A program made the position numbers and the translations under genes. Positions 46,911 to 55,982 of a stretch of DNA of 64,000 nt are shown piece after piece (the stretch's first letter is position 1; every line of letters begins with the position of its first letter). A model generated the notes under the pieces. That model saw only the letters and a program-made list of their open reading frames with translations. It searched no databases and was not told the origin of the DNA. The stretch comes from Candidatus Hodarchaeota archaeon (GTDB lineage: Archaea > Asgardarchaeota > Heimdallarchaeia > Hodarchaeales > Hodarchaeaceae). The stretch is taken from positions 64,638 through 128,637 of the forward strand of contig JAHQWW010000002.1 of NCBI GenBank assembly GCA_029856365.1. Direction: 5' to 3'.

Positions 46911-48012
46911 AAATTATCCTTCTAGCAAGTAATTGGGGATTAATTCTACCATGAATACCATAGATAATAATTTCTAAATTTCTCAATTCAGCAATCAAAC
47001 TGTAATAATAGGAAATTAATACATTGAGCTTCATTGAAAAATCATACTTTTTCTTCATTTGGTATCTAATGAATTCTCTTTCTAATTTTGTTTCATAGTC
47101 CAATTCTTGAATCCCTATTTCTTTATAAACCTCTGAAATAGAAATTTTCGAAAATGGAGATCTACCAAGTATTTCTGATATTTTTTCGAAATCACCATTT
47201 TCTAAATAACCAGAAATCCTTCGAATGTCAAATTTTTCTCCTCCAGGAATAAAAATTTCTCTCGGAGGGTATACAATAACACTAGAAGGCTCGAATCTGT
47301 ATGTTCGAATCCATCGTAAAGCAATTTTGATATTCTCGTGATCAATTTCCTCTTGAACTAGTTTTAAAAAGGCATTTCTTCTTGTAAGGTTAAAAATAGA
47401 TCTATCATTAAATGTTTTTAAAAGATCAATAATTTTGGAATAATAAAATTTGTTTAATAGGTTTTCAGTATGCCATTCCTTGTTTTCAAGATTTATTTCA
47501 TTAATTTGTGTTAATATATTACAAAAAGTTGACTTTTTTGCACATAATAATTTTATGAGACCCTCTAAATTTGTTGTTGTGAAAAGATCTAATAGATCCG
47601 AGGCGTTTAGATCTCCAATAGGGAGACAATGGTTACAAGCTGTTAGGAAATTTCGCCGTTCTTTAAGTGGAATAGAGCTATTCAATGTTCTGATAGCAAT
47701 TTTAATATTAAAGACATCCCAATATCTTAGCAACCACGAGATACAATCTGAATAAGGTTGACTAACAATATGTTTAATAATCTCTATTTGGTTGCGAAAA
47801 TAAAAAACAATCGCTTGATTTAATGTTTTAGCAGGTTGCGTGTTCAGATAAGTCAATTTAATATTTTGATTATATCTGGTTCTTGAAAGAACAGTTGCCA
47901 CATGATCAACTGATGGTTGCTGAAGCAATGTTTCATATTGATCCTTTTTCAGGAGGTAGCTTTTCATTGCTCGTAAACGTACATTTAACCAATCAAAATT
48001 CATTTTACTCAT
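46903..48012 (-). CDS. atpC: A/V-type ATP synthase subunit C (eukaryotic d-like)
   Basis: 369 aa, helical, N-terminal FDWLNVRLRAMKSYLLKKDQYETLL. Its position lies between E and F. Confidence 0.7.
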   Translation of the reverse strand: MSKMNFDWLNVRLRAMKSYLLKKDQYETLLQQPSVDHVATVLSRTRYNQNIKLTYLNTQPAKTLNQAIVFYFRNQIEIIKHIVSQPYSDCISWLLRYWDVFNIKIAIRTLNSSIPLKERRNFLTACNHCLPIGDLNASDLLDLFTTTNLEGLIKLLCAKKSTFCNILTQINEINLENKEWHTENLLNKFYYSKIIDLLKTFNDRSIFNLTRRNAFLKLVQEEIDHENIKIALRWIRTYRFEPSSVIVYPPREIFIPGGEKFDIRRISGYLENGDFEKISEILGRSPFSKISISEVYKEIGIQELDYETKLEREFIRYQMKKKYDFSMKLNVLISYYYSLIAELRNLEIIIYGIHGRINPQLLARRIIYA

Positions 48013-48054
48013 TATAAATGCCTTATATGTTTAGCAACATGAAATAGTGAATAT

Positions 48055-48702
48055 TCATTTATTCATCAAATTACTAATAATTCGATCTTCATCCCACGCT
48101 GGTTGCGATATAGAGCTAAATAATATTGATCCAAGTTCCTTTTGCAAGACTCTCCGACTATTTTCTATACGTTTTGCCAAAGTATTATTTATAACGATTT
48201 TTTTGTGGAGAATTTCTATTAAATAACCCCCAAGGAGATTGGGATTTAAATCGTCTAATATTGATGTTTTACTTGTGTTTAAATCGACAAGGTGTACGTC
48301 TTTGGATAAAACATGAATAATAACTGAATCATTTGATCTAATATATTTATGAGTGATTATTTTTAAAGATTGACGAAAGAAATTATTGTAATCTTCTAAT
48401 GTTATTCTATTTAGTGACCCTTGAAAAGTGTCTAGGAAGTTATTAATTAATTCTAACTTTTTTAAATTAGTTTTATGTCTAACCTCAAGCTTTTTTTCAG
48501 CTAAGGTGTTTCTAATAATTTGAATAATCTCACGATCTGAGGTTTGATTACTATCTTCTATTAGTGCTATTCTTTGTCTCTTAAAATCATCCTCAAGTTT
48601 TTTAAGAGTTGTATCAAGATCCTGTTGAATTTCAGCTATCAACTGCATTTGCTTTTCTTCTAAACCAAATAGAACTGACGATTTCTTGTTCATTTTTTCC
48701 AC
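48055..48702 (-). CDS. atpE: A/V-type ATP synthase subunit E (peripheral stalk)
   Basis: N-terminal long helix and a C-terminal globular part ending in GGYLIEILHKKIVINNTLAKRIENSRRVLQKELGSILF (the GG....dg.i..dnT...r......l pattern). Confidence 0.7.
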   Translation of the reverse strand: MEKMNKKSSVLFGLEEKQMQLIAEIQQDLDTTLKKLEDDFKRQRIALIEDSNQTSDREIIQIIRNTLAEKKLEVRHKTNLKKLELINNFLDTFQGSLNRITLEDYNNFFRQSLKIITHKYIRSNDSVIIHVLSKDVHLVDLNTSKTSILDDLNPNLLGGYLIEILHKKIVINNTLAKRIENSRRVLQKELGSILFSSISQPAWDEDRIISNLMNK

Positions 48703-48788
48703 TGTTTGCTTTATTTATATAGGATTCATAGCGTTTCTAGATCATTGCGAGTTAAGCAAAGTTGTTTGAACACTAAACTTAGATTTAT

Positions 48789-49019
48789 TTAGCCTCCACC
48801 TATTCCAAACAAGATCATGATAGCTATTACAAAACCAAGGACAACTAATGTTTCAGGAATGGCAAGAAGCACTAATGCTAAACCTCTTTCTTCTGGTCTT
48901 TCCGCAATTAACCCCGCTACGGCTGAACCAATGTGGGATTGAGCTAAACCAGTTCCCAATGCACAAAGTCCAATTGATATTGCTGCAGCAATAAAACCAA
49001 CATCTGTCATTTTCTTCAC
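48789..49019 (-). CDS. atpK: A/V-type ATP synthase proteolipid subunit K (c), single hairpin
   Basis: 76 aa with two TM helices. Helix 1 is GLCALGTGLAQSHIGSAVAG. Loop ERPEERG. Helix 2 is LLAIPETLVVLGFV, which carries the ion-binding Glu. Confidence 0.85.
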   Translation of the reverse strand: MKKMTDVGFIAAAISIGLCALGTGLAQSHIGSAVAGLIAERPEERGLALVLLAIPETLVVLGFVIAIMILFGIGGG

Positions 49020-49026
49020 CTAAATT

Positions 49027-50970
49027 TTACTGATTTATTATTTGTGTGTCAATATACCCAAAGGGTTTATATTCTATTCCACCACCTAGGTAAAAATGGC
49101 TCATAAATTCATACATGTTCAAACGTAAAGCTTGAATACTGGGACTTATTATAATTATCACGAAATTTAATACGTGTAATGCAAAACCAAAAGGTATTCC
49201 AATTACTCCAAGTGTTCCATCAAAGATGAACATGTTGGCGATATTAGCTATAATTATACCTACTAATCCTATAGCCATAAGTCGAGCAAATGACAATATA
49301 TTAGTAAGAATTTCAAGAGGTTGAATTACACCTGCTATACCCTCAAACTGTATCATACTTAGTATTGATAGAAGAAGAATAATCATCATTAGGTAAAGCA
49401 ATTGCAGATGTAAAAAGATAACATCAATAACACTCAAACCAATTGCAATTAACATTATTAAAGTTGACAGCGATATTTTTGTCATGTGGGGATCATGTAC
49501 CATAATTCCATTAATTAGACCAAGTGAAATCGATAATACAATAATGAAATATGCAAAAACAAGAGTTATCACAAGATATTCAATTATTGATACAGATCGA
49601 TCAAATAATGGGTAGAAATCAAAGTTAATGATCTTAAAAACTCTAGATGGGATATCCCCAAAAAATTCGCCATAAATAACTCCAAAAATCGCAGTAATAA
49701 AGCCTGTGTAAACAAGAATCAAAGTTAACTGTTTAATGCTTTCATTTTTCATTTTTTTATGAATAATTATGGCGAGGATTATAATAGTGAGAGCATAACC
49801 AACATCACCGACCATAAAACCCCAGAATAATGGCCAAAAGAAAGCAATCATAAAAATCGCATCATAACTCCCATATTTAGGTTTTCCTAATAAATCAGAA
49901 AATAACGCAAATGGTTTTATAATTCGGGGTATTTTTCTGAGAATTGGAACATTCTCATCCCTTGAATCGACTTTATCAATAAAAATACTTACTTTTTCCC
50001 CTAATATTATTTTTAGATCGTCTTGAAAGAAATTCATTTTTGTTTCAGGGAAGTATCCAAAGATCATGAATGTATACTTTGTTAGTTTCACATGATTGAT
50101 CAATTCTGTTAAGGAGAGCTTTTCATTAACAATCTGAATAAGCTTGTCTACTACTGGTTTATTCTCTAAGATAATATTCTTGATTTTACTTTGTAGTTCT
50201 AAGACTTCTATTTCCATTTGTTTTGTCCGTTCAAAATTAATTTCAATAATCATTCTTTTAACGGGTCGCTCTAAAGTATCAAAATTTGTCTCAGAGACCA
50301 TGATTTTATGTTGTTCTACAACTTTGTACACTGCTGATAAATCATGAGCCAGGGCTACAAGTACCAGATATTTTTCACTCATTGTATTAAGGTATATCTC
50401 AACTGGATTTTTACTTTCTTCATTGATTTCGTTCATCAATTGCTCAATGAGCAGTTCTGATTTCTCTAAAATAAAAAATGTATATTGTAAAGTTGTATTT
50501 TTAGAAAGCTTTTTTAAAAGAGGTTCTAAATTAGATGAATAATCCTTATAAAGTGAATGCACATCTAAAATTTTGTTTAATTCAACAATTCTTTCTTGAT
50601 ATCTCTGATAATTCTCAGAAATTTCCCGAATCTTGTAATTTATATAGTTTTTAAACTGCTTTTCTGAAGTTGGGATATCATCTATGGCTAATGATGAGGT
50701 TTTTTTCATTTTCTCTTTCGTAAGCTCTAAATTCGTCTTCAGAATGTTGTTTGAAAGATTTTCAAGAGAAGTTTTTAAAATACTCAATTCATTTTGTAAA
50801 TTTAAAATCTCATTGAATGATGAATAGAAACTCTTATTTTCCAGATCCAAAACTAAAGAATGTTTAAATTTACCAACCTGAAAAACTTGATTGTCATGTA
50901 ATACTTTAGTTATTTGTAGAAAATCATCACGCAAGCCAGTAATAGACACTTGATACATAGGTATAATCAT
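49027..50970 (-). CDS. atpI: A/V-type ATP synthase subunit I (a-like stator/ion channel)
   Basis: 647 aa. A ~335-aa soluble coiled-coil N-domain is followed by a polytopic C-domain with the conserved LSFARLMAIGL (essential Arg) helix. Confidence 0.85.
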   Translation of the reverse strand: MIIPMYQVSITGLRDDFLQITKVLHDNQVFQVGKFKHSLVLDLENKSFYSSFNEILNLQNELSILKTSLENLSNNILKTNLELTKEKMKKTSSLAIDDIPTSEKQFKNYINYKIREISENYQRYQERIVELNKILDVHSLYKDYSSNLEPLLKKLSKNTTLQYTFFILEKSELLIEQLMNEINEESKNPVEIYLNTMSEKYLVLVALAHDLSAVYKVVEQHKIMVSETNFDTLERPVKRMIIEINFERTKQMEIEVLELQSKIKNIILENKPVVDKLIQIVNEKLSLTELINHVKLTKYTFMIFGYFPETKMNFFQDDLKIILGEKVSIFIDKVDSRDENVPILRKIPRIIKPFALFSDLLGKPKYGSYDAIFMIAFFWPLFWGFMVGDVGYALTIIILAIIIHKKMKNESIKQLTLILVYTGFITAIFGVIYGEFFGDIPSRVFKIINFDFYPLFDRSVSIIEYLVITLVFAYFIIVLSISLGLINGIMVHDPHMTKISLSTLIMLIAIGLSVIDVIFLHLQLLYLMMIILLLSILSMIQFEGIAGVIQPLEILTNILSFARLMAIGLVGIIIANIANMFIFDGTLGVIGIPFGFALHVLNFVIIIISPSIQALRLNMYEFMSHFYLGGGIEYKPFGYIDTQIINQ

Positions 50971-50995
50971 TATTATTCGTTCCCTTATGGAGTTA

Positions 50996-51346
50996 TCAAA
51001 CTTTGATTAGTCTCTTAATCATTAATTCAATCATCCTATCTTTTTTATCAACGATTATCTTTTCAAGTTGTGAACAATAACTGTTACATTCTCTATCTAT
51101 CTCTTTGAGGGTTTCTTGGAGCTTGTAGAATACTTCATCCTTCCTTTTCTTCCCACTTGTTTCAAGTTCTTTTTTTAAATCCTGAAGATCATGTTGGTAT
51201 TTCCTTTTTACTTCCGAGATCTTCTGTAATTTAGCCATTTGTACTCTATTTATTGCATTTTGAATTTCTGCTTCTTTTTTATGAATTTCAATGTATAAAT
51301 TTTCAAGATCTTTATTTGTTTCTCTATTTTCATCCATAATAATCAC
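50996..51346 (-). CDS. atpH: A/V-type ATP synthase subunit H-like (small coiled-coil stalk protein)
   Basis: 116-aa K/E-rich helical protein directly upstream of subunit I, the usual place of atpH. It is assigned by position and composition only. Confidence 0.5.
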   Translation of the reverse strand: MIIMDENRETNKDLENLYIEIHKKEAEIQNAINRVQMAKLQKISEVKRKYQHDLQDLKKELETSGKKRKDEVFYKLQETLKEIDRECNSYCSQLEKIIVDKKDRMIELMIKRLIKV

Positions 51347-51374
51347 TCAGGAGAACACGATTCTTTTTTCAAGA

Positions 51375-52376
51375 TTATTTTGTTCCAGGAGATATTGGTT
51401 CAACATTAAAATTTATTTTTGATTCGAATTCCTCCTTTAACTGCAATTGAAAGGTCTCAATATCTGAAGTTAAGAGAATTCCAGTCACAAAAAAAACAAA
51501 ATTACTGATATATATATTTCCACTAATTTTTTCCAAGATTTCCAATTTTCTTTCTAATTCAGGGATAATAACCCTTAATAGTCCTTTATATTCTTTAGCT
51601 AGTGAAGCTAGTTGATCATAAAGACTTGTTAGCTCTGATTCGATAGTATCAAGGTGTTCATGGATTTCTACAACTGCTTCATGAACTGAAACGTCTTCAT
51701 ATTCCTCTGGCACTTCCATGGGACTACTAATACGCTCTTGTTTAAAAAAATCAAAAATATTTGAAAGGTCCTCTTCCAAAATAATTAGAGCTGTTATCTT
51801 ATCATCTATTACTTCTTCGTATATTTCTACTTCGTCACTACTTGCCTCTCTAATTTTTTCTATTATAGTGTCAAGTTTAAAACTAGTTTTATCAATAAAG
51901 AATACATCATAGTCTTTATAGCTATGTTTTGCCAGTTCATCAATAAGCGGTTTGATTTTTTTCATAATGTCCTTATATCTGTTGAAAATGAGTAATTTGT
52001 GCCTTAAAACATTTATACGGATTTGTACCGAGTGAAATCGATGTTGAATTTCTTTAGTTTTTTTTTCAGTAAAAAGTAAAAGTTCTTCATTTGTTTTGGG
52101 CAAACTTTCCTTTAAGAAAGGGGAAAAATTTTTTACTTCAGGTAAATCTATGTTTATAACTGATAATTGATGGTAATATTTCTTGAATTGTATATTGAGA
52201 TCAGATAATTTTTTTTCAACAATATAACCATGCTCAGTAGATAGATTCATTAACACTGAGTTGTCAAACTTCTCTATTTTAAAATCACTATTTTCAATAA
52301 GAAATTCGACAATATCGAATAAATAATCCTCAACTCCCCACAATAGAATCTTAAACTTTTCTAACGGGTCAGTCAT
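51375..52376 (-). CDS. Stand-alone paralogue of the soluble N-terminal domain of subunit I (no membrane domain)
   Basis: 333 aa, collinear by eye with residues ~1-335 of the 647-aa subunit I. EVEIYEEVIDDKITALIILEEDLSNIF aligns with PVEIYLNTMSEKYLVLVALAHDLSAVY. SNFVFFVTGILLTSDIETFQLQLKEEF aligns with TKYTFMIFGYFPETKMNFFQDDLKIIL. It is the first gene of the operon. Confidence 0.55.
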   Translation of the reverse strand: MTDPLEKFKILLWGVEDYLFDIVEFLIENSDFKIEKFDNSVLMNLSTEHGYIVEKKLSDLNIQFKKYYHQLSVINIDLPEVKNFSPFLKESLPKTNEELLLFTEKKTKEIQHRFHSVQIRINVLRHKLLIFNRYKDIMKKIKPLIDELAKHSYKDYDVFFIDKTSFKLDTIIEKIREASSDEVEIYEEVIDDKITALIILEEDLSNIFDFFKQERISSPMEVPEEYEDVSVHEAVVEIHEHLDTIESELTSLYDQLASLAKEYKGLLRVIIPELERKLEILEKISGNIYISNFVFFVTGILLTSDIETFQLQLKEEFESKINFNVEPISPGTK

Positions 52377-52526
52377 CGCTGCTTTCTCACAAAACCAAAC
52401 ATTCTTAATATTTATTTGTTAATATTTTTGATTACATTCTTCAATTGTGACGTAAAATCAGCCATTAGGGTTTCAGCTTCACTTTGAGAAACAGCTTCCA
52501 CAGTTATACATTATGTGTTTACCTAA

Positions 52527-52748
52527 TTAGTCATAGTCATTTCGAATCGTCTCATATGATTCAATTGAGGTGGGAATTTGACCGTATATCGTAAAAGCAG
52601 GTATGACCTTATGATGCTCAGTTGAATGAAATGCTAAAATCTTGCATTTCCATGTTTTATAGAATTCCACGACCTCGTTTACAGCTTTATGTGCATCTTC
52701 AGAACCATCTATAAAGAGTAATATTTTTTTATACGTAATACCTTTCAC
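52527..52748 (-). pseudogene. Truncated universal stress protein (UspA-family) N-terminal fragment
   Basis: YKKILLFIDGSEDAHKAVNEVVEFYKTWKCKILAFHSTEHH is a Usp N-terminus. The ORF stops after 73 aa and the ATP-binding G-x2-G-x9-G(S/T) C-terminal part is absent downstream. Confidence 0.5.
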
Positions 52749-52882
52749 CTTTCACCATTTTCTAAAACTACAGTAGTTAGGACTCCATGAATCCCTGAAT
52801 TTCTTTTATTGAAAATCCTATCATGCTTTCTCCTTTCGTTGTTTAGTTGATTTTCATAATATATGAAAAAATAACTATATTA

Positions 52883-52896
52883 TTTTAACGTTAAAA
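52883..52896. promoter_or_regulatory. Perfect 14-nt palindrome TTTTAACGTTAAAA in a divergent AT-rich promoter region
   Basis: Located between the Usp fragment/ATPase operon (minus) and the wHTH regulator gene at 53030 (plus). A related TTTAACGTTTAA lies at 52955-52966. Confidence 0.4.
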
Positions 52897-53029
52897 ATAA
52901 TTATTTAAAAACTTACCTATAATAATAAAACGTAAAATATATATATCATAATATTTAACGTTTAATTAAAGTATATAATATTTAATAAATAATTAACAAA
53001 CATGAGATCAGAGAATATGCTATCATCTA

Positions 53030-53797
53030 TTGTCCATTAAAAATCGAAGTGGTATTATGTCACCAAACAAGAATAAAATACAAATACAGGATAATAGTGA
53101 TGAAATCAAATCAAAAATTTGGTTAAAAATTTTCAATAGCAAGATTAAGTTCCGTATTCTTCAACTTCTCTTTGTGTATGGAGAGCTTAGTCTAACTGAG
53201 CTTAGAAAACATATGAATAAGAGTAAACCTGCCTTATATCATCATTTACGAAAAATGATTGATTTTGGAGTGGTCAAGGTTTCTAAGGAAGAAAAAGTTC
53301 GTGGTTCAATCATGGCTAAATACTATAAGCTTGATGAACAAATAGCTCTAAAAATTCAATTAATTTCTGATGAAGAATTAAAGAAAATCGAAAATCCAAA
53401 AAAACGTCTTAAAACACTTGAAAGTATGATTGATACTTATAAAAGCTCAATATCTTTATTCAGAAAAAAAATGGACATACTTGATCTTTATACAGACTTT
53501 TTAGAGAAAGAAGTACAGGCTAGAGAAGATTCTGATTTGTATCACCTCGATTTTCAGCGACTGATCTCTGATTATAATATTGAGTTTTATGCTCAATATC
53601 TGACAAAGATACAATATACAAAATTCCTAGAATATTATCAAGATTTTTATTTAAAAATTAGAGAAATAATCATCAATTATGACTATAGGGAAGATCAAAA
53701 GAATGGGAAAATAGCAGAACGACCCTATTTTGTCCTAATGGTGATCATGCCTTTGAAAGAATTGTTAGATCTAGAATTAGAAAAAATAAAGAGTTAA
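53030..53797 (+). CDS. ArsR/HTH_20-like winged-helix regulator with long helical C-terminal domain
   Basis: FRILQLLFVYGELSLTELRKHMNKSKPALYHHLRKMIDFGVVKVSKEEKVRGSIMAKYYKL. The start is uncertain (TTG at 53030; an internal ATG gives MSPNKNK). Confidence 0.6.
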   Translation: MSIKNRSGIMSPNKNKIQIQDNSDEIKSKIWLKIFNSKIKFRILQLLFVYGELSLTELRKHMNKSKPALYHHLRKMIDFGVVKVSKEEKVRGSIMAKYYKLDEQIALKIQLISDEELKKIENPKKRLKTLESMIDTYKSSISLFRKKMDILDLYTDFLEKEVQAREDSDLYHLDFQRLISDYNIEFYAQYLTKIQYTKFLEYYQDFYLKIREIIINYDYREDQKNGKIAERPYFVLMVIMPLKELLDLELEKIKS

Positions 53798-53938
53798 TTC
53801 CTTCTAAAAATGATTGCAACATAATTAGGTGTGAAAAAGAAGTAGGTTATCTGTGGAAACAATCAAGCATAGCCAAAATCAAGTGAAACAGAATGTGAAA
53901 AGTAGAATTCTATCTATACTCGTTAAAGGTGTTTAATT

Positions 53939-54310
53939 ATGGGAATTCATGAATATCATCACATCCATTTGAAAATGCCCATTCTTGAGATATGGACTAC
54001 TCATAAGATGGTAGTTGAGCTGTTTGAACTGTTGAAGTCAAATGGAGTAGAGATTTCAACATTTGATAAAGACTTTAAAAATAAAAACTCAATTATTTCG
54101 ATTAACAATGGCGCTTTCCATATTAGTATTGAGCAAGAAACAGGAGAAAATGACCAGATAATTAGTTTTTATGAATCTGATGCTTCTTTACAACCTCATT
54201 TATTACATATTGTGCTCACTTTCGCGAGGGAAAAAGGTTTAAAGATAATAACTAACAAGATAAGTAATTTACACCCTGAAGATTACCCTCTCTCTTCCCT
54301 CCATGACTGA
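53939..54310 (+). CDS. Hypothetical small alpha/beta protein
   Basis: 123-aa ORF with no motif recognised. It has the same orientation as the neighbouring longin-like and Roadblock genes. Confidence 0.4.
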   Translation: MGIHEYHHIHLKMPILEIWTTHKMVVELFELLKSNGVEISTFDKDFKNKNSIISINNGAFHISIEQETGENDQIISFYESDASLQPHLLHIVLTFAREKGLKIITNKISNLHPEDYPLSSLHD

Positions 54311-54459
54311 TAATCTTCTTTCCGTTTAGGATCATGGTTCGTCTTAACTTTATTAAATAATACATACATTTAAAGAGTATCCATATCTTTAAATAAACAT
54401 TTGAAAAATATAAGAAAATTACGACGGAGCTATATGGCATAAAGGAGAAATACCTAATT

Positions 54460-55188
54460 ATGACTAATGGAAATGTCTCCTTACGTTTGAATACTGAAAA
54501 ATTCGCTACAGACAATTCATATGGATTTTTCCTCTTTTTTTTTGACGAAATCAAAGGCCATATCCCGCTTTTTGCATATCCTAAGGAGCTACTGATGAAT
54601 GAAAACGAGAAACGGATAATTTCAGTTCATAGCATTTGGTGGAACCAAGACAAATTCTTAGAAACACGCAAATTTACTTGTATGGATGTTGAATTAGGAA
54701 ATCTCGTCTACTCGGCCACACTAGTTCCTTGTCATACGCATAGAATGAAAAGACGCCCTGGAATGGATTCAATAAAGTGGCAAGACGAACGATTTGTGCT
54801 TGTTGTCAGAACACCTTCATTAGTCTCTTTTATTGCTCATGAAATACTACATGAGCTTAAGACTCGGATTCAAGGCAGTATTGGCGAAAATTTAGGGTTT
54901 CTTGTAGAAAATAATATTAGATTGAATGAAGCTTCAGATATTGGAGAATTTCTTAAAAAAAAGACTAAAAATGTCGAGGAGGAACTCACAAAGCTGTGTA
55001 CATCACTAATTCCGAAATTCTCTATAGCAAGGCTAGAAGATCAACTGAAAAAAAGCCACCAGGAAGGAATAACAGAGTCAGAGAATTCTAATATTCTAGA
55101 ATCCCAAAATCTAGCGCACTCTACAAAACATAAAACGTTACATTTTTCAATACCCACAAGAAAGAAAACTGAGATTCATGAGGAGTAA
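54460..55188 (+). CDS. Longin/uDENN-like domain protein (tentative) with charged C-terminal tail
   Basis: GFFLFFFDEIKGHIPLFAYPKELL...(insert)...ERFVLVVRTPSLVSFIAHEILHELKTRI follows the layout of eukaryotic longin/uDENN modules: a beta-strand F.l..fd...G....f.yP, then a later f.lv..s..p.f..f...L..l helix. This is pattern recognition only. Confidence 0.35.
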   Translation: MTNGNVSLRLNTEKFATDNSYGFFLFFFDEIKGHIPLFAYPKELLMNENEKRIISVHSIWWNQDKFLETRKFTCMDVELGNLVYSATLVPCHTHRMKRRPGMDSIKWQDERFVLVVRTPSLVSFIAHEILHELKTRIQGSIGENLGFLVENNIRLNEASDIGEFLKKKTKNVEEELTKLCTSLIPKFSIARLEDQLKKSHQEGITESENSNILESQNLAHSTKHKTLHFSIPTRKKTEIHEE

Positions 55189-55462
55189 AAAAAGCAGCTC
55201 TGACTGTTAATGATATTTTAATCAAGAAGAATTAAGTTTCTGATGGCTTCGGAGTAAGTTTTGGATTGTAGGAAATAAACAGCTCACAAGCTAATCGTAT
55301 AGCCTCAGTAATTGCTTCTTTGCTAACAGATTGAAATGAGGAAAATTTGGCGATTTCCCTCATCACATCACAAAGTGTATCTATATATCGCTAAGTTTAT
55401 ATGACAATACAATCTTATGTGAAATAAAACGAAATCTGTATTAGTTTGGGGATCTTGATTTT

Positions 55463-55858
55463 ATGGGTCACGAAGATGTAATCTCTGCTTTTGAACAGAC
55501 CTTCAGGAATATTGATGTTCCAGGAATAGTGAGTATCGTTGATAATGAGGGGATGGTAATTTACTCTAATAACCAATTTGAAGAGCTGGACATTCTTCAA
55601 GGGATTTATGCCCAACTGTTAACATCTTTTGAGAAAACTGCTTCAGGAGTGTCGAGAGTTTCCTCAAATCATCTACAAAGTATTAATCTCACTCTTACTA
55701 GTGACGATGATAAATCTCTTTCATACGTTGTCTTCGATTTAAACTGGAAAGGGGTCTATTTTATTATTAGAGCTGAGATTGATTTAATGCACAAAATCCA
55801 TCCAATTTTAAATGCCCTTATCCCTCAGATTACCAAAGTATTACAATCCGAAGATTAA
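55463..55858 (+). CDS. Roadblock/LC7 (MglB-like) domain protein
   Basis: FEQTFRNIDVPGIVSIVDNEGMVIYSN...LLTSFEKTASGV...SINLTLTSDD..LSYVVFDL..GVYFIIRAEID has the alpha-beta-beta...beta-beta-beta-alpha Roadblock pattern. 131 aa. Confidence 0.65.
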   Translation: MGHEDVISAFEQTFRNIDVPGIVSIVDNEGMVIYSNNQFEELDILQGIYAQLLTSFEKTASGVSRVSSNHLQSINLTLTSDDDKSLSYVVFDLNWKGVYFIIRAEIDLMHKIHPILNALIPQITKVLQSED

Positions 55859-55982
55859 CAAGACACTCATAGATTGCGAAAGGATTTCCAATCAAAGATA
55901 TTCAAGAACCATTGTATCTTTTATTTTTCCTCTCTTCAGTTTTACTAGTTTCGCATAATTTTAGATCGTTGGGTAAGTTTAG

